Origin: Alphaproteobacteria bacterium
GTDB lineage: Bacteria; Pseudomonadota; Alphaproteobacteria; CALKHQ01
Direction: 5' to 3'
Assembly (NCBI GenBank): GCA_965227515.1
Contig: CBDDFZ010000001.1
Coordinates: 608,001 to 672,000 of the forward strand
Length of the DNA: 64,000 nucleotides
Made by a program: the position numbers and the translations under genes. Shown here one piece after another: positions 54,646 through 64,000 of the stretch. How positions within the stretch are numbered: position 1 is the first letter of the stretch; each line of letters opens with the position of its first letter. The notes under the pieces were generated by a model. That model worked only from the letters and a program-made list of their open reading frames with translations, made no database searches and had not been told where the DNA came from.

Positions 54646-57237
54646 ATGCAAGCCACGATTCTGGGAGTCCTTTTTGGAGCCGCGGTTGCTGGACTGACCG
54701 CGAGTGCCGCGGCCGAGGTGCCGCTGACCTGTCCGGATTACGACACCCTGCCGCCCACCGCGCTCAGGGCGGCCCCGATCAATTTCGCCACCATGGGCCC
54801 CGGACATGAGCCCATGGAAGGCGTGCAGGGCTTCACCGATGCGGACGAGGTCATCTTCAGTCGGGGCCTCGAGTCCGAGGTCGCGGCCCTGGATGGCGAC
54901 GACACGGTCTTCGTCTACGACCCGCATGGCGAAACCTTCGTGGTGGGTGGCCGGGGCGCCGACACATTGGTGTTGTGCTCGATGCGTGCCTACGACGCCA
55001 TTCTGATACCGGGCGACTTCCACGCGCCGGACGAGGCTGCCGACACCATCGTCATACAGCCAGCGGTCTTCGCCAGCGGCACGCCCGGCTTTGCCCGCAT
55101 TATCAGCATCCGGTCGTTTATCGTCGGCGTCGATACGCTGGTCCTGCGTCTGCCGCCGGGCGCGGACATCTCTGTGGAGGCGTTGCCGGACTACAACCGG
55201 ACCGAAATCGTTGTCGGCGACACCCGGCTGGAAATCGATCATCCGCGCGAACTGGTGGAAGGCAGGCTCGATGGGTTCCTCAGCCTGGACAGTCCCAGCT
55301 TGGTGATCGAGACACAGACATTGCCACCCGGTCTCATGGTTGGCGTGGCCGAAGGGCCTCGCGATGCCCCACCCGGCTGCCCATCGCCCGAACAGCCGCC
55401 GAGCGGCGCGGTGACCTTCACTCCGGGTGTCGACCTTGGGCCAGGGCACGGACCGCCCGGAGATCCCAACCTGCTGACCACCGGCGACGACGTCGTGCTG
55501 GCGCAATGGCTGGCAACGGATATGCCGCTGGATGCGCGGCCCGGCGACGACACGATATTTCTGTACGAACCATACAACAACGCGCTGCCCAGCGCCGGAC
55601 CGGGCCGTGACGTCATTGTCGTCTGCTCGATGACGGAACTCGACTTGACGGTGTTCCCCAGCCGCGGCCGGACCGACGACGAGCCGGACACCATCGTCAT
55701 CGAAAGCGCGGCGTTCCAGAACATTCCGCAGGGATTGCGCCGGCATATCACGGTGTGGGCGTTCTTCGTGGGTGTCGACAGGTTGGTCCTGCGTGTGCCC
55801 GAGGACCTGACCGTCGCCACCGAGTACAACGATCTGCTGGGTGCCACCGATATCACGGTGGGTGACACGCTGGTCACTGTGCTGCATCCGCCAATCGGCC
55901 TGGACGAACGGGTGGCGCCGATGCTCGACCGACACAGCGACAGCCTGGTGATCGAGACCGTGGCGGCAACGGCACAGCCGACTGAGCACCTCCCCGACGC
56001 GGCACGCACGGTGCCGGAGGGTTGCCCCTTCTTCCACACCCTGCCCGCAGACGCCCAGATCCCGCCGATGGGATATGCCGATGTCGTCCCTGTGGACGGG
56101 CACCATGACACGTTCTTCGATCCGTTTGTTTTTACCAACGCCGACGACGTCATCTATGGCTGGCGCACAGAGCCGACCATCCAGGCGGCCGGCGGGGACG
56201 ACACCGTCTATCTCTACCATCCGCGCAGTGGCGCGTCGGTAACCGGTGGCCGGGGTGACGATGTGATTGTCGTCTGCTCGATGTCGGAATTCTACGTCGC
56301 TCTCTGGCCAAGCCGAGAACTGGACGACGATCGCGACATCGTCGTGATCCAGCCCCAGGCGTTCACGGCCATTCCGCTTGGTTTCCAGCGCACCATTCAG
56401 GTGTTCGACTTCCATCCCGCATACGACAGGCTGGTGCTGCGGGTTCCCGAGGCGCTGGACGTGACGGTTGAGCCCAGGCCTGGCACCTATAACGACACCA
56501 TCATCACTGTTGGCGCGACGACGGTGCAGGTGCTGCCGCCCCAGATCGCGGGCGAGGACGCACCGCTAGTGAACGTGGGGGACGAGGCGTTGGTGATCGA
56601 CAAAGTGGCCGGCGTCGCCATGGACGTGCCAGCGATCGCGGCGCCGCGCCCGACCCCGGCGGAATGCCCGGACGTCGATGCACCGCCGGCGGGGGCTGTC
56701 TTCACACCGACAGCCGAGGACGGCCTGCCCCAGGATCTCTACGATGGCGGCTTTCAGTACACTTTCACCTCCGGCGACGACGTGGTCATGGCCGTCCGGC
56801 CGCAAATCGGCCCGGAGGGTCGTGGCGGCGACGATACGATCTTCGTGTACGATCCGGTGGACGGGGCGGGCGCCATGAGCGGGCCCGGACGCGACATCGT
56901 GATGTTGTGCACGATGAGGGCCTACGCGGCCTTTTTCGACCTCCACGCCGATGCCGATCCCGACACCTTGGTCATAGAGGCAGCAGTCTTCGAGGGCATC
57001 GCGGACGGCTACCTTCGCGAGATTACGGTGCAGGGCTTTGTGGTCGGCGTGGACACGCTCGTGTTGCGGGTGCGGGCTGGAATGGATGCGATCGCTGAAC
57101 CGTTTCCGCAATATGGACAGTCAAGGGTTACCGTGGGGCGCACGGCGATCGTTGTCCGCCATCCATTCCTTCCCGACGGTGAGGCGTCCTTCTTGCGCGG
57201 AGGTCAGGCCAGTTTGGTGATCGAGCCCGCCTCGTAA
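54646..57237 (+). CDS. Secreted 863-aa protein with four ~215-aa tandem domains (RTX/serralysin-C-terminal-like)
   Basis: Sec-type signal MQATILGVLFGAAVAGLTASAAA-E. Repeats begin at Cys codons 54730, 55378, 56023, 56665. Shared motifs GDDT, GxGxD, C(S/T)M, D(T/R)LVLR, (S/A)LVI(E/D). Confidence 0.85.
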   Translation: MQATILGVLFGAAVAGLTASAAAEVPLTCPDYDTLPPTALRAAPINFATMGPGHEPMEGVQGFTDADEVIFSRGLESEVAALDGDDTVFVYDPHGETFVVGGRGADTLVLCSMRAYDAILIPGDFHAPDEAADTIVIQPAVFASGTPGFARIISIRSFIVGVDTLVLRLPPGADISVEALPDYNRTEIVVGDTRLEIDHPRELVEGRLDGFLSLDSPSLVIETQTLPPGLMVGVAEGPRDAPPGCPSPEQPPSGAVTFTPGVDLGPGHGPPGDPNLLTTGDDVVLAQWLATDMPLDARPGDDTIFLYEPYNNALPSAGPGRDVIVVCSMTELDLTVFPSRGRTDDEPDTIVIESAAFQNIPQGLRRHITVWAFFVGVDRLVLRVPEDLTVATEYNDLLGATDITVGDTLVTVLHPPIGLDERVAPMLDRHSDSLVIETVAATAQPTEHLPDAARTVPEGCPFFHTLPADAQIPPMGYADVVPVDGHHDTFFDPFVFTNADDVIYGWRTEPTIQAAGGDDTVYLYHPRSGASVTGGRGDDVIVVCSMSEFYVALWPSRELDDDRDIVVIQPQAFTAIPLGFQRTIQVFDFHPAYDRLVLRVPEALDVTVEPRPGTYNDTIITVGATTVQVLPPQIAGEDAPLVNVGDEALVIDKVAGVAMDVPAIAAPRPTPAECPDVDAPPAGAVFTPTAEDGLPQDLYDGGFQYTFTSGDDVVMAVRPQIGPEGRGGDDTIFVYDPVDGAGAMSGPGRDIVMLCTMRAYAAFFDLHADADPDTLVIEAAVFEGIADGYLREITVQGFVVGVDTLVLRVRAGMDAIAEPFPQYGQSRVTVGRTAIVVRHPFLPDGEASFLRGGQASLVIEPAS

Positions 57238-57301
57238 CGCCTCGAAGCTGTCGACCCCAGTGCCGCACCATACGGTGGACCCAGCGTGAGCGGGCCCTGA
57301 T

Positions 57302-57664
57302 CTACGACCCCTCGAAATCGCTCCGGCGGTGGCGGAACTGCAGCGCCACGACATAGGCCTTCAACGGCCGCATCGACGCCAGCGTCAGGCCGAGAATGAC
57401 CACGGGCCAGATGACGAGGTGGAGCCAGTAGGGCGGCTCGAACGTCGCCTCCACCCACAGCGCGGCGCCAACCACCACCGCGCCCAGCACGAACACCAGG
57501 AACACCGCCGGGCCGTCGCCACTGTCGTTCTCCGCCAGCTTCAGGCCGCAGACCTCGCAGGTGTCGACCACGGTCAGGTAGCCCTTGAACAGCTTGCCCT
57601 GGCCGCAGCGCGGGCACACGCATTTCATGCCGGCGCTCATCGGCGATGGCGAGAGGTAGCTCAT
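57302..57664 (-). CDS. DUF983 family membrane protein
   Basis: CPRCGQGKLF..C..CG, DSGDGPA, PPYWLH. Usual position after cox3. Confidence 0.92.
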   Translation of the reverse strand: MSYLSPSPMSAGMKCVCPRCGQGKLFKGYLTVVDTCEVCGLKLAENDSGDGPAVFLVFVLGAVVVGAALWVEATFEPPYWLHLVIWPVVILGLTLASMRPLKAYVVALQFRHRRSDFEGS

Positions 57665-57721
57665 CTTTGGGTCATGCGCCTGTCATTGGCCGACGTCGCC
57701 ACCCGTTGGGGTGCGGCCGGA

Positions 57722-58564
57722 TCAGCCGCCCCACCAGTAGACGGCGGCGAACAGGAACAGCCAGACCACGTCCACGAAGTGCCAGTACCATGCGGTCGCT
57801 TCGAACCCGACATGGTGCTTCGGCTTGAAGTGGCCGGCGGTGGCGCGGAAGAAGCATACGATCAGCGCGGTGGTACCGACCATGACGTGGAAGCCGTGGA
57901 AACCGGTGGCCAGGAAGAATGTCGACGGATAGATGCCGTCGGTCAGGCCGAACGACGCATGGCTGTACTCGATCGCCTGCAGCGCGGTGAACGCGAGCCC
58001 GAGCAGGACGGTCAGCCCCAGGCCGTAGACCAGATGCGGCCGGTTGTTCTCGATCAGCGCTTCGTGCGCCCAGGTCACGGTCACGCCAGAGGTCAGCAGG
58101 ACCAGCGTGTTGAGGAACGGCAGGTCGAACGCGTCGAACGCCTGGATCCCCACCGGTGGCCACGTGGCGCCGGTCACCTCGACACGGGTGTACTGGATGG
58201 CCTCGTCGTAATAGAGGCTGGCATCGAAGAACGCCCAGAAGAACGCGGCGAAGAACATCACCTCCGAGGCGATGAACAGCGCGATGCCGTAGCGATGGCC
58301 CAGCGCGACGACCGGGTTGTGGTGGCCCTCGTGCTCGGCCTCCCTCACCACGTCACGCCACCACAGGAACATGGTCAGGAACACCAGCGCCAGGCCGATC
58401 AGGAACAGCCACATGCTGCCGTATTCGTCGCTGCCTTCCTCGACCGGCTTCATCGCGATGATGGCGCCGAACAGCATGATGCCGCCCGAAAACGCGCCCA
58501 ACAGCGGCCAGGGGCTGGGATTGACCAGGTGGTAGGGATGATTGGGCTTTGCGTGCTCTGCCAT
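57722..58564 (-). CDS. ctaE: Cytochrome c oxidase subunit III
   Basis: HPYHLVNPSPWP, FIASEVMFF, TGFHGFHV, WYWHFVDVVW. Confidence 0.98.
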   Translation of the reverse strand: MAEHAKPNHPYHLVNPSPWPLLGAFSGGIMLFGAIIAMKPVEEGSDEYGSMWLFLIGLALVFLTMFLWWRDVVREAEHEGHHNPVVALGHRYGIALFIASEVMFFAAFFWAFFDASLYYDEAIQYTRVEVTGATWPPVGIQAFDAFDLPFLNTLVLLTSGVTVTWAHEALIENNRPHLVYGLGLTVLLGLAFTALQAIEYSHASFGLTDGIYPSTFFLATGFHGFHVMVGTTALIVCFFRATAGHFKPKHHVGFEATAWYWHFVDVVWLFLFAAVYWWGG

Positions 58565-58614
58565 CGTGGTGCTCTGATCTGTGCCTGGGCCGCCCAGGGC
58601 GATGCGCGTTGGTG

Positions 58615-59253
58615 CTAGTTGTAGCTCAAAGAATCGGGCTGCGCGACCGCGCTGGTCTGCGTCGCATCGTCCCGCGTTTCCGGCGGGGGCATGTAGACGT
58701 AGGTCAGCGTAATGTCGGTCACGTCGTCCATGTTCGGGTCGTCGTCGAGCGCGGGGTCGAGGTAGAAGGCGACGGCCAGTGGCACGGTATCACCGGGCTG
58801 GATCGTCTGCGCCTCGAAACAGAAGCACTCGACCTTCACGAAGTACTGACCGGCCTTGGCCGGAGTCACGTTGAACACCGCGGTGCCGGTGGTCGGTCGC
58901 GAACTCAGGTTCTCCGCCTCATAAAACGCGATCACGTCGCGGCCGACCTGCACGTCGATGTGCTTCTGCGTCTCGGTGAAGCGCCAGGCCAGGCCAGGCG
59001 ACACTTCGGCGTAGAAGCTGACCTCGATGGTGCGGTCGATCGGCACGACCTGGCGGTCAGCGGCGTTCTCCACCTGCGGCGTGCCACCGAAGCCGGTCAC
59101 GCTGCAGAACAACTCGTAAAGCGGCACGGCGGCGAACGACAGCCCGGCCATGCCGACGGTCAGTCCGGCAAGCAGCAGCGCGGTCGAGCCGGCGCGTCGC
59201 GCCGGTGCCGGCGCGGTCCCGGCGGGTCCGTCGGTGTGCGCCCGGTCAGCCAC
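58615..59253 (-). CDS. ctaG: Cytochrome c oxidase Cu chaperone CtaG/Cox11
   Basis: AAVPLYELFCSVTGFGGT, KVECFCF. Confidence 0.97.
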   Translation of the reverse strand: MADRAHTDGPAGTAPAPARRAGSTALLLAGLTVGMAGLSFAAVPLYELFCSVTGFGGTPQVENAADRQVVPIDRTIEVSFYAEVSPGLAWRFTETQKHIDVQVGRDVIAFYEAENLSSRPTTGTAVFNVTPAKAGQYFVKVECFCFEAQTIQPGDTVPLAVAFYLDPALDDDPNMDDVTDITLTYVYMPPPETRDDATQTSAVAQPDSLSYN

Positions 59254-59419
59254 CGGCGGTATCCAGCTTGACCACGGTGATGACGTAGAACGCGATCGCC
59301 AGCACGGCGAGCACCGCCAGCAAGGCGGTATTGCGCTGCCGGCGCTTGCGCTCGAACGCGGCCTTTTCCTCGGCGGTCATCGATACGGTCTGCTGTGTCA
59401 CGGGGTCACGTTCCGTCAT
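59246..59419 (-). CDS. Small single-TM protein of the cox operon (CoxF-like; start uncertain)
   Basis: KRRQRNTALLAVL..FYVITVVKL, between ctaB and ctaG. Confidence 0.75.
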   Translation of the reverse strand: MTERDPVTQQTVSMTAEEKAAFERKRRQRNTALLAVLAVLAIAFYVITVVKLDTAGG

Positions 59420-59474
59420 GGTCCGTTGGGTCATTGAGTATTGGCTCACTCGGAAAACTGGCTCACTGACTGGC

Positions 59475-60476
59475 TCACTGGCCGATCCGGAAGGCCGCCG
59501 GCATCTCGGTCAGGCCGAGGCCGCCGTCGACCATCAGCACGGCGAACAGGATGAACAGGTAGGCGATGGAAAACGCGAACATCCGCCGCGCCGGGCCGAT
59601 CAATGCCTTGCTCTCGCTGTCGTCGGGCGCGCGCAGCACGCGCCAGCCGTGGGCGATGAACATCACGCTGGAGACCACGGCCACCCCGCCGTAGAGCCAG
59701 CCGGCGACGCCCAGCAGCGCCGGCAGAATCGCCAGCGGCAGCATCAGGACCGTGTAGGCCAGCATCTGGCGCTTGGTGGCGCGCACGCCAGCGGTCACCG
59801 GCATCATCGGCACCCCGGCGTCGGCATAGTCGCCGCGGCGGAACAGCGCCAGCGCCCAGAAGTGCGGCGGGGTCCAGAAGAAGATCAGCGCGAACAGGCT
59901 CCAGGACACCGGGTCGACCGTGCCGGTCACCACCGTCCAGCCGATCATCGGCGGGAACGCGCCGGCGGCACCGCCGATAACGATGTTCTGCGGGGTGCGG
60001 CGCTTCAGCCAGACCGTGTAGACGAAGACGTAGAACGCGATGGTCAGTGCGAGCAGGCCGGCGGCGGCCCAGTTGACCGCCAGCGCCATCATGGTGACCG
60101 AGCCCACCGCCAGCACGATGCCGAAGCCCAGTGCGGCATCCGGCGCCATCCGGCCGGCCGGGATCGGGCGGCTGCGGGTCCGCCGCATCACCGCGTCGAT
60201 GTCGCGGTCGTACCACATATTGATCGCCGCCGATGCGCCCGCGCCAACCGCGATGCACACCACCGCGATCACCGCCAGCACCGGGTGGATACCGCCGGGC
60301 GCTACCGCCATGCCGGCCACCGCGGTGAACACCACCAGCGACATCACCCGCGGCTTCAGCAGCGCCACATAGTCGGACACCGACGCCTCGGTGACGCCAT
60401 AGGCGCTCTCACCGACGAACGCGCCGCCCATGGGCAGCGCGTCGTTTCGGTTCTGGCTGGCGCTCAGGTCTGTCAC
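59475..60476 (-). CDS. ctaB: Protoheme IX farnesyltransferase (heme O synthase)
   Basis: LLKPRVMSLVVFT, DRDID..M.RT..RPIP, WTPPHFWAL. Confidence 0.98.
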   Translation of the reverse strand: MTDLSASQNRNDALPMGGAFVGESAYGVTEASVSDYVALLKPRVMSLVVFTAVAGMAVAPGGIHPVLAVIAVVCIAVGAGASAAINMWYDRDIDAVMRRTRSRPIPAGRMAPDAALGFGIVLAVGSVTMMALAVNWAAAGLLALTIAFYVFVYTVWLKRRTPQNIVIGGAAGAFPPMIGWTVVTGTVDPVSWSLFALIFFWTPPHFWALALFRRGDYADAGVPMMPVTAGVRATKRQMLAYTVLMLPLAILPALLGVAGWLYGGVAVVSSVMFIAHGWRVLRAPDDSESKALIGPARRMFAFSIAYLFILFAVLMVDGGLGLTEMPAAFRIGQ

Positions 60477-60545
60477 GCGGCGATCCGTCTCGTCATGGTG
60501 CTGTCGCTCGGGACACGTTCATTCCGGGCGACCGGCAGGGCGCGC

Positions 60546-63133
<2,588 letters not shown>

Positions 63134-63230
63134 CACACCCCTCGTTGCCATGCCCCCGGATACCATGCCCTGGATATCACGTTCGGGGTCGCCATGCTCT
63201 GCTTGTCATGGCGGGCTGACCGCGTCATGC

Positions 63231-63320
63231 CGCAACAAAATTGCCGCGCCGATTTCACGATCGCACGTTGCGCGCTTATATTAAACGGGTGCGCCTGTCG
63301 CGAATGCGGCATATTGTCCG
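63231..63320. promoter_or_regulatory. Possible RegA/PrrA-like boxes in the coxB/tldD divergent region
   Basis: CGCAAC-AAAATT-GCCGC (63231-63247) and TGCGGC-ATATT-GTCCG (63305-63320) loosely resemble GCGGC-N5-GTCGC. Confidence 0.25.
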
Positions 63321-63404
63321 AAATCCTTGGAAAACCGTGGATTTCCTGACTTGCGCCCCGGGCTATGGCCGGGGCTATCCACCGCCGCAGAAAGGGTTTT
63401 CTCC

Positions 63405-64000
63405 ATGTCCCACCTCGCCACCACCGACGACCTGTTCTTCAACCGCGCCGGACTCGACCGGCCGCGGGTCGAAGGGATCGTCGCCGACGCGCTGGATGGG
63501 GCCGACGACGGCGAACTCTATCTGGAATACACCCAGTCGGAGAGCCTGAGCTATGACGACGGCAAGCTGAAGAGCGCCAGCTTCGACACTGCCCAGGGGT
63601 TCGGCCTGCGGGCGGTGGCGGGCGAGGCGACCGGCTATGCCCATGCCGGCAGCCTGGACGAGGATGCGATGCGCCGCGCCGCCGGCACCGTGCGCGCGGT
63701 GGTGTCCGGCCATGCCGGCACCGCCGCCGAGGGGCCGTCCGGCACCAACCAGCGCCTCTATGTCGACGACAACCCGCTGTCGGCGACGCCGTTCGAGACC
63801 AAGGTCAAGCTGCTGCAGGACATCGATGCCTACGCGCGCAGCCGCGATCCGCGCATCGCCCAGGTGATGGCGTCGATCAGCGGCGAATGGTCCGCGGTGC
63901 AGATCGTCCGCGCCGACGGCCAGCGCGCCGCCGACGTGCGCCCGCTGGTGCGCCTGAACGTGGCGGTGGTCGTGGCCGACGGCGACCGGATGGAAAGCGG
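63405..64000 (+). CDS. tldD: TldD metalloprotease, 3'-truncated by the window edge
   Basis: Open frame from ATG 63405 (absent from the ORF track): ADDGELYLEY..SESL.YDDG..GFGLRAV.GE..GYAH, DVRPLVRLNV. Divergent from coxB. Confidence 0.93.
   Translation, partial: MSHLATTDDLFFNRAGLDRPRVEGIVADALDGADDGELYLEYTQSESLSYDDGKLKSASFDTAQGFGLRAVAGEATGYAHAGSLDEDAMRRAAGTVRAVVSGHAGTAAEGPSGTNQRLYVDDNPLSATPFETKVKLLQDIDAYARSRDPRIAQVMASISGEWSAVQIVRADGQRAADVRPLVRLNVAVVVADGDRMES

Noticed and set aside
63134-64000. tldD next to the cox operon as a possible peptide-maturation system
   Set aside because: The divergent tldD-coxB arrangement is common in alphaproteobacteria, and no precursor peptide or modification enzymes are visible.

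Overview
High-GC alphaproteobacterial (Rhodospirillales-like) chromosomal window, mostly core genes. In order: bactofilin (partial), gshB, comM, HIT/hisEFA-GNAT-hisH, hslVU, smr-lutCBA-mltA-tim44, secB, dnaQ-coaE-aroE-maf-PSRP, a probable oriC with clustered DnaA boxes, hemE-hemJ-rho, a complete phoR-pstSCAB-phoU-phoB locus, maeB, mutS-glnD-murJ-trpS, atpHAGDC, an aa3-type cytochrome c oxidase operon and a partial tldD. I saw no rRNA, tRNA, CRISPR array, integrase or transposase. The unusual elements are: (1) an 863-aa secreted protein inserted antisense into the cox operon, made of four ~215-aa Cys-paired RTX/serralysin-C-terminal-like domains in an ABAB pattern; (2) three small modules flanking comM: a RelE-XRE toxin-antitoxin pair, an RHH-like plus unknown-protein pair with a near-consensus leaderless promoter and operator, and a nucleotidyltransferase plus 65-aa basic protein pair; (3) an MltA that appears to lack its catalytic Asp; (4) a PstC with a ~90-aa insertion; (5) two families of modular palindromic repeats; (6) several synteny breaks (no hisB, fxsA, priA, or mnmE-parAB after rho). 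All assignments come from reading motifs by eye; no searches were run.
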